From: a virus
Virus record (IMG/VR): IMGVR_UViG_3300025128_007994
Reading direction: 5' to 3' (one strand)
DNA length: 64,000 bases
The notes below the pieces were generated by a model, which saw nothing but the letters and a program-made list of their open reading frames with translations, had not been told where the DNA came from and searched no databases. Below are positions 17,483 through 27,156 of the stretch, piece after piece. Both the position numbers and the translations under genes were made by a program. Each line of letters opens with the position of its first letter. The stretch's first letter is position 1.

Positions 17483-18384
17483 AGATAGTCCTTGTAACTA
17501 ACAAGACATACAGAGGCCACCTCGACGGCGGCTGGTGGTATTTTTATTTGCCATTGCTTGAAATGGGTCATGAAGTCTATTTTTTTGACACAGTAGATCC
17601 GGTTGAAAAAGATTTTAAGAAGGTAGTGGAAACGCTGAAGCCAGATTTAATATTTTGTATGTTAACCGGCGATTTTAATATTGCCCCTAGGGAGCCATGG
17701 TCCCAAATAAAACAAGAGACGGACAGCGGCCGCACAAGAACATTCAATTGGTTTTGTGATGATACTTGGAGATACTACGACTTCTCTAAAAAAGTATGCC
17801 AGTATTTCAATATATGTTCAACACCTGAGCCGGATTATATAAAGAAATATGAAAGAGCCGGCTATAGCAATATTGTTTTGGGTACCTGGCATTCCAACAT
17901 AAGTTTGTACCCAAAGTTAAGCTACCAAGATAAAGACATAGAAGTATCTTTTATTGGCGCCTTGAATGGCCTGCGGAAGAATTTCTTTGAACAGCACAAA
18001 GATCTACCAATTGACATTTTTTCTAATATTTCGCAAGAAGAGATGTATTTAACACACGCAAGAAGCAAAATAGCAATTAACTTAAGCATTAATGAAAATG
18101 ATCCGCAAAAGAAGACACAAATGAAACAAAGGATGTTTGAGATCCCCGCGGCCAAGACACTCCTGCTGACTGAACACCACCCAGGGATAGAGCATTTTTT
18201 TGAGATTGACAAAGAAATAATAACATTTAAGAGCAATAGGGAGTTTGAAGATAAGATTAAGTTTTTGAATTCTAAGCCTAAGATAGCAGAAGCAATCGCC
18301 CTCTCCGGCTTTAAAAGATATATCACAGAACATGAATCAAAGATCAGGCTCACCAAAGTGTTACAGCAGGTTATGGCCCTATAA
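17479..18384 (+). CDS. Glycosyltransferase (CgeB/Glyco_trans_1_2-like)
   Basis: NWFCDD, VSFIG, SKIAINLS, KQRMFEIPAAKTLLLTE and FFEIDKEII. Confidence 0.8.
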   Translation: MKIVLVTNKTYRGHLDGGWWYFYLPLLEMGHEVYFFDTVDPVEKDFKKVVETLKPDLIFCMLTGDFNIAPREPWSQIKQETDSGRTRTFNWFCDDTWRYYDFSKKVCQYFNICSTPEPDYIKKYERAGYSNIVLGTWHSNISLYPKLSYQDKDIEVSFIGALNGLRKNFFEQHKDLPIDIFSNISQEEMYLTHARSKIAINLSINENDPQKKTQMKQRMFEIPAAKTLLLTEHHPGIEHFFEIDKEIITFKSNREFEDKIKFLNSKPKIAEAIALSGFKRYITEHESKIRLTKVLQQVMAL

Positions 18385-18394
18385 GCCAGCTTAC

Positions 18395-18422
18395 TTGACA
18401 AAAAGCCAATACGTGATATAAT
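18395..18422 (+). promoter_or_regulatory. Internal sigma70 promoter in the glycan island
   Basis: TTGACA-N16-TATAAT with extended TG (TGATATAAT), in the only sizeable gap of the island. Confidence 0.75.
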
Positions 18423-18446
18423 GATAGCTCACACCGTATCAACAAA

Positions 18447-19178
18447 ATGAAAATAGATATAATAATTCCGTGCTACAATGCAGAAAAGTGGATAGAGAAA
18501 AGCATTAAGAGTGCCTTATCACAAACATATAAGAACATTCAAGTCATTGTAATTGATAATGAAAGCAGCGACAACAGTTACAAAGTAATCCAAGAAGTCC
18601 ATGGCCACCATCCGGAAATAATCATAGGGACTGTACCCAATATTTATCCTTACGGCTGGACTGAGCCGGTGGAAAAAGCTCTAAGTCTTTGTAATGGTGA
18701 TTATTTCACCATCTTGGGCGCGGATGATTACATCGATCCCGAATACATTGAGAAAATTGTCAAGATAATATCGAAAGCCCCAGACAAAATAAAGATTTTA
18801 CAAAGCCCCCTCATAGGAATCGATTCTGACAAAGGCATAACTTTAGAGGAAATAAAACACTCATATAACAGCTTGGGCCAATTTAAACAAATGTTGTTTG
18901 AAAAGTGCCCAGTGACGACGCCCACAGTTGTATACAAGAGAGAACTTCATGATAGTGGTATATTACGATGGGACTCAGAAACTTGCTCTGGCGCAGCAGA
19001 TTATGATTTATATTTCAATATAGCAGACAACGGCATTTTCATATATCCTTATCCCAAGTGGATCGGATATTATTACCGATGGCACTCAGATCAGGCAACT
19101 TGGGGCATGCATAAACAAACAACAAAATATGATTTGCTAATAAAACAAAAATGGATGGAAAAGTGGAAGAATGGATAA
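18447..19178 (+). CDS. Glycosyltransferase family 2
   Basis: IIIPCYNAEKWI, VIVIDNESSD, LGADDYI and AADYDLY. Confidence 0.9.
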   Translation: MKIDIIIPCYNAEKWIEKSIKSALSQTYKNIQVIVIDNESSDNSYKVIQEVHGHHPEIIIGTVPNIYPYGWTEPVEKALSLCNGDYFTILGADDYIDPEYIEKIVKIISKAPDKIKILQSPLIGIDSDKGITLEEIKHSYNSLGQFKQMLFEKCPVTTPTVVYKRELHDSGILRWDSETCSGAADYDLYFNIADNGIFIYPYPKWIGYYYRWHSDQATWGMHKQTTKYDLLIKQKWMEKWKNG

Positions 19179-20955
19179 CAAAATAAGATTGGTCGACTAT
19201 ATCGCAGACAGAGTACACCAATTGGGAGTAAAACACGTTTACACTCTTACCGGTGGCGGCGCAATGTTCCTTAACGACTCTGTAAAGAAGCATGAAAAAC
19301 TGCTCTCTGTTTGCAATCACCACGAACAAGCGAGCGCCATGGCTGCTGTAGCACATGCTAAATATACTAATGGGTTTTCGGTGGTGATACCAACCACAGG
19401 TTGTGGCAGTACAAACTGTATTACCGGTCTATTAGATGCATGGCAGGATAACTTGCCCTGTATATTTATTTCAGGTCAGGTCAACAAAGACCAAACTTGC
19501 TTTAGTTCAACTGCGAATATTCGTCAGTTCGGAGTTCAAGAGGCAAACATTGTAGAAATAGTTAAATCAATCACAAAGTATGCAGTTATGGTTGAGGCTC
19601 CGGAGGACATCGCATATCACCTCGACAAGGCCTTTCACCTGGCTTCTACGGGACGCCGCGGCCCTGTCTGGATAGATGTCCCGCTGGACGTTCAAGGGGC
19701 CTTTATAAACCCCTCTGAGCTTAAAAGGTATATTCCCGACGACAAGACGCTTTCTCCCGATTTAAACAATCTTAGGGAAATGCTAGAAAAAGCCACTCGG
19801 CCCGTAATATTAGCAGGAAATGGCGTGAGGTTAGCCGGCGCCTCAAAAGAAATAAAAACGTTCGCTGAAAAGCACAACATCCCAGTAGTCACTACCTTTC
19901 TGTCAGCCGATTTGTTGCCATCGGAACATGAATTGAACATAGGCAGAGTTGGCATTAAGGGCAATCGAGCAGCAAACTTTGTAGTGCAAAATTCTGATTT
20001 CTTATTGTCGATTGGTTGTAGACTAAGCGTGCCCTCTACCGGCTACAAATATGAATACTTTGCGAGAGAGGCCAATATCGCAGTTGTGGATATAGATCCG
20101 GAAGAGCACAAAAAAGACACTATTAAAATTGACTTGTTTGTGGAAATGGATGCCAAAGACTTTATGCTGAAGTTTGAAACAGAATATCGCTCAACTCAAG
20201 CATGGATAGATACATGTTCGAAATGGAAATCTACATGGCCTGTCTTTTTGCCGGAACACGAAGACGATGAGGATGGTATTAGTATGTACCGATTCATGAA
20301 AACACTGTCTATAACACTTCCTGCAAATTCTAGCGTAGTCGGAGATGCTGGCTCTGCATATTATGTGCCGTGCCAGGCGCTTCAAATCAAAGACGGTCAA
20401 CGCCTGATTACACCTGGAGCCCAAGCAGAAATGGGCTTTACATTGCCGGCCTGTATTGGGCTGTCTTTTGCTATGGAGAATCCTTGCATAGCGGGGATTA
20501 CTGGCGACGGCTCTTTTCAGACAAACATACAGGAATTGCAAACTATTGTACAATATAATCTTCCGGTTAAGATATTTGTGTGGAACAATGATGGCTACCT
20601 TTCAATCAGAACCACACAGAGAAAGTATTTTGAAGATCGATTCGTGGGTACTGACAAAGATAGCGGGGTCTCATTTCCCGATACTCAAAAAATTGCGGCC
20701 GCATATGGGATAAAATACTTTTCTATGTCAAACAATATGGAGCTTGATGCCCAAATGCAGGAGATAATAGATTTTGATGGTCCCGTTATTTGTGAAGTGA
20801 TGTGTAAAAAGTGGGACAAAGTACTGCCCACAATCGGTGCAAAAAAATTAGATAGCGGACAATTAGTATCCCAACCACTAGAAAACATGTTTCCTTTCTT
20901 GACAGAAGAGGAATTACGTGTTAATATGTTAGTACATTCAATAGAGGAGAAATAA
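19171..20955 (+). CDS. Thiamine-diphosphate-dependent enzyme, acetolactate-synthase-like (YerE-type subfamily found in O-antigen loci)
   Basis: GGGAMFLND, HHEQA, ISGQV, RQFGVQE, GPVWIDVPLDVQ and ThDP motif GDGSFQTN...WNNDGY. Confidence 0.85.
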   Translation: MDNKIRLVDYIADRVHQLGVKHVYTLTGGGAMFLNDSVKKHEKLLSVCNHHEQASAMAAVAHAKYTNGFSVVIPTTGCGSTNCITGLLDAWQDNLPCIFISGQVNKDQTCFSSTANIRQFGVQEANIVEIVKSITKYAVMVEAPEDIAYHLDKAFHLASTGRRGPVWIDVPLDVQGAFINPSELKRYIPDDKTLSPDLNNLREMLEKATRPVILAGNGVRLAGASKEIKTFAEKHNIPVVTTFLSADLLPSEHELNIGRVGIKGNRAANFVVQNSDFLLSIGCRLSVPSTGYKYEYFAREANIAVVDIDPEEHKKDTIKIDLFVEMDAKDFMLKFETEYRSTQAWIDTCSKWKSTWPVFLPEHEDDEDGISMYRFMKTLSITLPANSSVVGDAGSAYYVPCQALQIKDGQRLITPGAQAEMGFTLPACIGLSFAMENPCIAGITGDGSFQTNIQELQTIVQYNLPVKIFVWNNDGYLSIRTTQRKYFEDRFVGTDKDSGVSFPDTQKIAAAYGIKYFSMSNNMELDAQMQEIIDFDGPVICEVMCKKWDKVLPTIGAKKLDSGQLVSQPLENMFPFLTEEELRVNMLVHSIEEK

Positions 20956-20956
20956 C

Positions 20957-21889
20957 ATGAGTGCAAATGATAAAAACAAAGTTACAATTTTAAGATTACG
21001 TCGACAAAAGAGAGAAAAAACACCAACAGTGATAACCACTGCTTATGACTACCCACAAGCAAGAATCGCTGATGGTGCGGGTGTAGACTGCATTTTGGTG
21101 GGTGATTCATTAGGGATGACCACTCTAGGATACAAGACTACAATCCCCGTAACAATGGATGATATGATTAGACACTCTGAGGCAGTTTCCAAAGGCGCCA
21201 AGAATGCGTTCTTGATCGGAGATATGCCTTATATGTCTTACCAAGTATCCAACGAAGAAGCGGTGCGAAATGCAGGCCGCTTTGTTATTGCCGGCATGGA
21301 TTGTGTAAAGGTTGAGGGCGCTATGATTGAGCGCATTAAGGCCATCGCGGATTCCGGCATCATGGTGATGAGCCACCTGGGCCTCACTCCTCACACTAGA
21401 GCGAAGCTCGGGGGTTATCGAGTTCAAGGTAAAACAGCCAAACAAACGGAGATTATCCTACAACAGGCCCTTGATTTGCAAGAGGCTGGTTGCTCTTTTC
21501 TACTGCTAGAGGGCATGCCACGCGAGTCTGCTGAAATTATTGCCAAAGAACTTAAGATCCCTGTTTATGGGATTGGCGCTGGTGATAAGGTAGATGGTCA
21601 ATTGGTAATCTTTCATGACTTGATGGGCCTCTTTTGGGAGTTCAAATCTAAGTTTGTTAAGAGGTATTGTGAAGCTGGCCAAATTATGCAGAATGCCCTG
21701 AAGGAATATGCAGCCGAAGTTCGGTCTGGGAACTTCCCGGCAGAAGAAAACTTTTACGCCATCAAAGAAGAAGAGCTAGAGAGACTTCTCGGCGGAGGCA
21801 ACTGGAAGCACGATCAAGTATTGTATGAGACAGACCAAGGGTTTCCCACTAACCATAGTGCAACACCAAACACGGTAACTAAGAAGTAA
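20957..21889 (+). CDS. panB: Ketopantoate hydroxymethyltransferase (PanB)-like enzyme
   Basis: TAYDY, LVGDSLG, GDMPY, VKVEG, HLGLTP, GGYRVQG and GIGAG...DGQ..HD; has a C-terminal extension of about 40 aa. Confidence 0.88.
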   Translation: MSANDKNKVTILRLRRQKREKTPTVITTAYDYPQARIADGAGVDCILVGDSLGMTTLGYKTTIPVTMDDMIRHSEAVSKGAKNAFLIGDMPYMSYQVSNEEAVRNAGRFVIAGMDCVKVEGAMIERIKAIADSGIMVMSHLGLTPHTRAKLGGYRVQGKTAKQTEIILQQALDLQEAGCSFLLLEGMPRESAEIIAKELKIPVYGIGAGDKVDGQLVIFHDLMGLFWEFKSKFVKRYCEAGQIMQNALKEYAAEVRSGNFPAEENFYAIKEEELERLLGGGNWKHDQVLYETDQGFPTNHSATPNTVTKK

Positions 21890-21909
21890 TAGCCCGGAGC
21901 ACCATCTAG

Positions 21910-22761
21910 ATGAATATCTTATTAACAGGTGGTAATGGGTTTCTTGCGAAAGAGCTAAAGCACTATTTTCTAAATAACACAGCCTTGGATTGCAAACTCC
22001 TTGTAACCGACAGAACTACCCTTAACGTCACCGATTACGAGAGCGTTAGGGGTTTTTTTGAGAACAATGTAGTAGACGTTGTCATACATACCGCGGTAAA
22101 AGGTGGCAAACGATTAGATACGCAGACGGTTGATGACATTATCGATAATATCTTGATGTTCAAAAACTTGAGTTATTTTTCTGATCAGTTTAAAATAATG
22201 TTCAATTTTGGATCCGGCGCAGAGTTTAATCGCATGAACTCTATTGATTGTGCGACTGAAGAATCGGTGAGTGCATCATTACCTACCGATTATTATGGAT
22301 TATCTAAGAATATTATCGCCCGAAAAATAGCAAAAATGAATAGTAATATTTATAACTTACGCTTATTTGGGTGTTTTGGGCAACACGAAGAACCGCAAAG
22401 ATTGTTTCGCTCTTGTTATAACAATTTCAAACTAAATCAAAGCGCGCTAATAACATGTGACAGGTACATGGACTATTTTTACGCTCAAGACGTAGGCCGA
22501 GTAATCGAGCATATTATCGAAAAACATGATATGAGTCTGCCAAGAGACATAAATCTATGTTACTCAGAGAAACACACCTTGAGCGAACACGCACAGGTGA
22601 TTAAAGATTTGACAAACGCAAAGTCGCAGGTTATAATAGAACAGAAAGAATTGGGCAAATCCTATACGGGTAAGGCACACGTGCTCGATTCGCTAAACAT
22701 TGACCTGATGGGTCTGAATAAAGGAGTAAAAGAATGTCTGAAAAGTTGGAACAAATTATAG
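21910..22761 (+). CDS. NAD-dependent sugar epimerase/reductase (extended SDR)
   Basis: TGGNGFLA Rossmann motif, YGLSK (YxxxK) and LRLFGCFG. Confidence 0.85.
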   Translation: MNILLTGGNGFLAKELKHYFLNNTALDCKLLVTDRTTLNVTDYESVRGFFENNVVDVVIHTAVKGGKRLDTQTVDDIIDNILMFKNLSYFSDQFKIMFNFGSGAEFNRMNSIDCATEESVSASLPTDYYGLSKNIIARKIAKMNSNIYNLRLFGCFGQHEEPQRLFRSCYNNFKLNQSALITCDRYMDYFYAQDVGRVIEHIIEKHDMSLPRDINLCYSEKHTLSEHAQVIKDLTNAKSQVIIEQKELGKSYTGKAHVLDSLNIDLMGLNKGVKECLKSWNKL

Positions 22762-24071
22762 AGTTGGTGTCTGATTACATTTCTGAGAAGCACGAAAATG
22801 AAACGTGGACCCCTGGCGAAGACTGGGTAGCATACTCGGGCCCGGTTTTTGATGAAAAAGAATACATCGCCGCTGTACGCCAAATACTAGATGGTTGGAT
22901 GATTTTTGGCAAGAACGCAAGAGAGTTTGAGTTAAAGTTTCCGTCTAAGCTTGGAAAACTCTACGGATCCTTAACTAACTCAGGTTCATCGGCAAACTTG
23001 CTGATGGTAGCCGCTACTAAATCGCGACGATTCCCAAAACAATTAAAGGACGGAGACAAGATTATTACCCCAGTTGTTTGTTTTCCGACAACCATTAATC
23101 CTATTATACAAAACAACCTTGTACCAGTGTTTGTAGACGTTGAGCTTCCAAGTGTAAACTTGGACCTGGATAGAGTAGAAGAAGTCCTTGAGAGCGACCC
23201 TGACATTAAGGGGATAATGTTTGCACACGTGTTGGGTAACCCGCCTGACATGGACAGATTGATGGCTCTCGTAGAAAAATACGATTTGGTATTTCTAGAA
23301 GATGCATGCGATGCTTTGGGATCTTACTACGACGGTAAGAAGTTGGGCTCCTATGGAGACATGTCAACATGCTCTTTCTTCCCAGCCCACCATATGACGA
23401 TGGGAGAGGGAGGTTTCATTGCAACTAACAGTCAGAAGACACGTACGGCATTGGCTAGTATCCGAGACTGGGGGCGCGCTTGTTACTGCAACTCAATGAA
23501 ACCAGGCAACGTCACAAGCGAAACAGCGTGTGGTAACAGATTTAAAAACTGGTTGCCCGGCCTCAAAGATGCTGTGTACGATCACCGCTATGTTTTCGAT
23601 GAAATAGGTTACAACCTTAAACCACTAGATTTGCAGGCTGCAATGGGCCTACAGCAGCTTGAAAAACTTCCAATGTTAGATGCTGCTCGGAGAGAAAACT
23701 GGGCCAAGCTACGGGCCATATTTGAGCCTTATGCACAATACTTTCATATGCCGGAGGCTACCGAAAAGTCAGACCCGTGTTGGTTTGCCTTTCTGTTGAC
23801 AATCAAGGAAGGTGCCCCTTTCTCTCGTTCGGATATAGTAAACCATCTTGAGGGTCTTAAAATTCAAACACGTTCTTACTTCTCAGGCAACATCTTGGCT
23901 CACCCGGGCTACGTTCACCTTGCTGAAGAATATGGTGATATGTATGAAACCTTCCCTAACGCCCAATTGATTACGACAAACTCGTTCTTTTTAGGAACCT
24001 ATGTAGGCCTCACCGGCGAGAAACTTGAATATATTAAGGAAGCAGTTGATGGCTTCTTTGAGAATTTGTAA
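22734..24071 (+). CDS. rfbH: NDP-4-keto-6-deoxyhexose 3-dehydrase (RfbH/DdhC, E1; PMP and 2Fe-2S)
   Basis: NSGSSANLL, EDACDALG and SFFPAHHMTMGEGG (His replaces the PLP Lys); Cys cluster RDWGRACYC...CGNRF; YDHRY and GYNLKP. Confidence 0.9.
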   Translation: MSEKLEQIIELVSDYISEKHENETWTPGEDWVAYSGPVFDEKEYIAAVRQILDGWMIFGKNAREFELKFPSKLGKLYGSLTNSGSSANLLMVAATKSRRFPKQLKDGDKIITPVVCFPTTINPIIQNNLVPVFVDVELPSVNLDLDRVEEVLESDPDIKGIMFAHVLGNPPDMDRLMALVEKYDLVFLEDACDALGSYYDGKKLGSYGDMSTCSFFPAHHMTMGEGGFIATNSQKTRTALASIRDWGRACYCNSMKPGNVTSETACGNRFKNWLPGLKDAVYDHRYVFDEIGYNLKPLDLQAAMGLQQLEKLPMLDAARRENWAKLRAIFEPYAQYFHMPEATEKSDPCWFAFLLTIKEGAPFSRSDIVNHLEGLKIQTRSYFSGNILAHPGYVHLAEEYGDMYETFPNAQLITTNSFFLGTYVGLTGEKLEYIKEAVDGFFENL

Positions 24072-25021
24072 TGAAACTCGTTTATGTCACCGGCTGCCTG
24101 GGGTTTATTGGCTCGTATGTAACACGTAAATGCCTTGACAGGGGCTGGAAAGTGTATGGAGTAGACAAGTGCACGTATGTAGCCAACACTTCACTGCTAA
24201 AAAGCTTCGAAGCTAACCCCAACTTTACTTTCATCAAAGAGGATATAAAAGATCTTCAGCATCTGTATGACTGTGATTACGTTATTAATACGGCCGCAGA
24301 ATCTCATGTAGGAAATAGCATCATTGATTCGCAAGAGTTTATTGATAGTAACATTGTGGGTGTTCGCAACTTGTTGGACTTGATTCGCAACAAGCCCGTC
24401 AATTGCAATAGACGGCCGGTATTTTTTCACTTCAGCACTGACGAAGTATATGGGGATATTGAAAGCGGTGAACATACAGAACAAGATATTTTACACCCAA
24501 GCAATCCATATTCAGCGGCAAAAGCTTGTTCTGATATGCTTATCTTAGCGTGGGCCCGAACATATGGCGTCGAGTACATTCTGCTACGTCCAACCAATAA
24601 CTATGGAATAGGGCAGTACCCAGAGAAACTGATACCACTTTCTGTAAAGAATCTAATGCGAAATAGAAAGATTAGACTTCATAACGCCGGAACGCCAGTG
24701 AGAAACTGGTTGCATGCTGATGATACAGCAGAAGCTGTTATGACCATCATAGACTCAGGTAACACGAACGAAATCTATAATGTTGCCGGCGGCTTTGAGC
24801 AAAAGAACATAGATACAATATTAAAAGTTATTGACAACTTCTTTGAAGAAGATTATAATTGGGAAGAACATGTTGATTTTTCTTATTCTCGCGAAGGTCA
24901 AGATGTACGATATGCCTTGAACGATGACAAACTACGGGCCCTAGGTTGGACCGCCAAAAGAGACTTTAACAAAGAAATTTACGATATTGTTCAATATTAT
25001 AAAAAGAATTTCATATGGTAG
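24071..25021 (+). CDS. rfbB: dTDP-glucose 4,6-dehydratase-like
   Basis: TGCLGFIGS, AAESHV, STDEVYG, PYSAAKA, NNYG..QYPEKLIP and RNWLHADD. Confidence 0.9.
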   Translation: MKLVYVTGCLGFIGSYVTRKCLDRGWKVYGVDKCTYVANTSLLKSFEANPNFTFIKEDIKDLQHLYDCDYVINTAAESHVGNSIIDSQEFIDSNIVGVRNLLDLIRNKPVNCNRRPVFFHFSTDEVYGDIESGEHTEQDILHPSNPYSAAKACSDMLILAWARTYGVEYILLRPTNNYGIGQYPEKLIPLSVKNLMRNRKIRLHNAGTPVRNWLHADDTAEAVMTIIDSGNTNEIYNVAGGFEQKNIDTILKVIDNFFEEDYNWEEHVDFSYSREGQDVRYALNDDKLRALGWTAKRDFNKEIYDIVQYYKKNFIW

Positions 25022-25024
25022 AAT

Positions 25025-26020
25025 ATGATACACACAGGAGTAGAAAGAATGCCCAAATGGTATGAACCCACTAGCGATAATATTATTGGTATTCCCCTCG
25101 CCGAAAACGCTCCGGAATGGCAATGCTCATCTGGGACCCCCGAATTGCAACTAGCTGATCTTGGCCGACGAGCGGATTACCTTGTAAGCGAGTTTAAGGA
25201 TTACGTGAAAGACCCAGAGTTGGAAAAATTGATTTCAGGAAAGCGCTTGGCATTCATTGGGCCCGCTCCAAGTTTAGATGGCCTGGGTCTTGGTGAATTG
25301 TTCGACTCATATGATTTGGTAGTTCGCATCAATACTGCCTATCACATGCCAGAGCAGCTTTGGGAAGACTACGGGAAGAGGACAGATATACTAGTAAACT
25401 GCTTAAACTTTAACAAAATCAGAGCTTTGCAAGAAAACATGGACTTCACAAAATCTGTGAAGTATCTTATACAGCCACAGCTTTCAATGTGGGACATCAA
25501 AAAAGCCGAAAAGATTATCCACGAATGGGGCGCCCCATTTCATAACGTGTGTGATGGTTATTTGTTTAAGGTTAACAAGGAAATAGGCACAACCACTAAC
25601 ACTGGTTTGCTGGGGGTGATAACTCTCTTGAACTATAATATAAAAGAGTTGTATATTGGAGGATTCACCTTTTTTGATATGGGTTCAAAGAGTGGAGAAT
25701 ACTACAACAAAGCACACCTCTCTCAAACAATCAAATATGACCCAGTTCAAGTAGTTGATAATAAACTCACCAGCGCCTCGTTAAGGTTAGATGACCTGCA
25801 CTTGCAGGAGCCTCAAATATTGTATTTTGGTAAAATATTGCGAAAATATTATGGAACCAAGATCCAGGTGGATGAGTATCTAAGACAAAATTTCAATTTA
25901 TGGATAGACGGCGCCGTCGACGGCATCTCTGATAAAGGCGTTAAAAAACTTTTTCAACTTGATAGACAATTAAAACTAAACAACAATTTAACCATTTGTA
26001 AATGGGAAGGAAAAATATAA
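25025..26020 (+). CDS. GT29-like sialyltransferase
   Basis: Sialylmotif-L-like LAFIGPAPSL..GLGELFDSYDLVVRIN...DYGKRTD; sialylmotif-S-like TNTGLLG...LYIGGFTFF. Confidence 0.7.
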   Translation: MIHTGVERMPKWYEPTSDNIIGIPLAENAPEWQCSSGTPELQLADLGRRADYLVSEFKDYVKDPELEKLISGKRLAFIGPAPSLDGLGLGELFDSYDLVVRINTAYHMPEQLWEDYGKRTDILVNCLNFNKIRALQENMDFTKSVKYLIQPQLSMWDIKKAEKIIHEWGAPFHNVCDGYLFKVNKEIGTTTNTGLLGVITLLNYNIKELYIGGFTFFDMGSKSGEYYNKAHLSQTIKYDPVQVVDNKLTSASLRLDDLHLQEPQILYFGKILRKYYGTKIQVDEYLRQNFNLWIDGAVDGISDKGVKKLFQLDRQLKLNNNLTICKWEGKI

Positions 26021-27156
26021 TGAAAGTAGTAGCAATGATACCTGCCCGTTTTGGCAGCAAAAGAATCCCAAAAAAGAATATACGCTTGTTAAATGGAATC
26101 CCATTGATAAGTTATATTATTAGAGCCGCCAAAGAGGCAAAATGCTTCGATGAAATATACGTTAACTCAGAGTCAGATATTTTGGGAGAGATTGCAGAAA
26201 AAGAAGGCGTAAGTTTTTATAAACGCCCCGCGGAACTTTCAACCGACAGCGCAACAAACGATGAGTTCACACAAGACTTTATGAACAATGTAGAGTGTGA
26301 TGTATTGGTACAACTTTTACCTACATCACCGTTCATAAAAGCACGCGACATACTAAAATTTACCGCCACTATGCTCGGCACGGAGGCCGACACACTTGTA
26401 TCAGTTACCGATCAACAGATAGAGTGCATATATAATCGACAGCCAGTCAACTTTGACCAAAAGAAGATCTCCCCACCGTCGCAGGATGTGACGCCGGTAC
26501 AACCTTATGCATGCGGCATGATGGGTTGGAAAACCTCCAACTATCTTGCGAATATGGATAAGTACAATTGTGGTTATCACGGTGGTGACGGCGATATACA
26601 CTTCTATACTGTTTCGGGCTTTGCGACAGTTGACGTTGACAACGAAGAAGATTTTCAATTAGCGGAAGTAATTGCCCGAGCAATATCAAAAGAAGCATAT
26701 GCACCTCAATTTTATGGCGAAACGCATTCGGAAGTTGATGTTCCTTCAATCTTGCTTAAGGACGGAGTTAAAAATAATAATTTACATGACACCAACAAAG
26801 AAATAGTCAATATCAACGAGATACGTTCTTCGTTCAAGTCAACAAAGTCGTGGAGTCACCGAGTTGTAAATACGGAAAACAACAGCGCGACCTTGATCCA
26901 CCAACAGCCGGGCCAAGGAAATCGAAGGCACTATCACCCAGATTGGAACGAGTGGTGGTATATCGTCGATGGAGAGTGGGAGTGGGAAATCGACGGAGTT
27001 AAGAAAATTGTCAAAAAAGATGATATTGTTTTTATACCCAAGGGTATAATACACAGAATAGAGGCCACCGGTGACAAGCCTGCAATTCGCCTAGCTATCA
27101 GCCGGGAAGATGTGGCACATGTATATCCAGATGGAGAGCATACAAATGAAAGATAA
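26020..27156 (+). CDS. CMP-ulosonic acid synthetase (NeuA/KdsB-like cytidylyltransferase) fused to a C-terminal cupin
   Basis: IPARFGSKRIPKKN, VNSES, YKRP, PTSPF and VDVDNEEDF; cupin HYHPDWNEWWYIVDG...FIPKGIIHRI. Confidence 0.88.
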   Translation: MKVVAMIPARFGSKRIPKKNIRLLNGIPLISYIIRAAKEAKCFDEIYVNSESDILGEIAEKEGVSFYKRPAELSTDSATNDEFTQDFMNNVECDVLVQLLPTSPFIKARDILKFTATMLGTEADTLVSVTDQQIECIYNRQPVNFDQKKISPPSQDVTPVQPYACGMMGWKTSNYLANMDKYNCGYHGGDGDIHFYTVSGFATVDVDNEEDFQLAEVIARAISKEAYAPQFYGETHSEVDVPSILLKDGVKNNNLHDTNKEIVNINEIRSSFKSTKSWSHRVVNTENNSATLIHQQPGQGNRRHYHPDWNEWWYIVDGEWEWEIDGVKKIVKKDDIVFIPKGIIHRIEATGDKPAIRLAISREDVAHVYPDGEHTNER

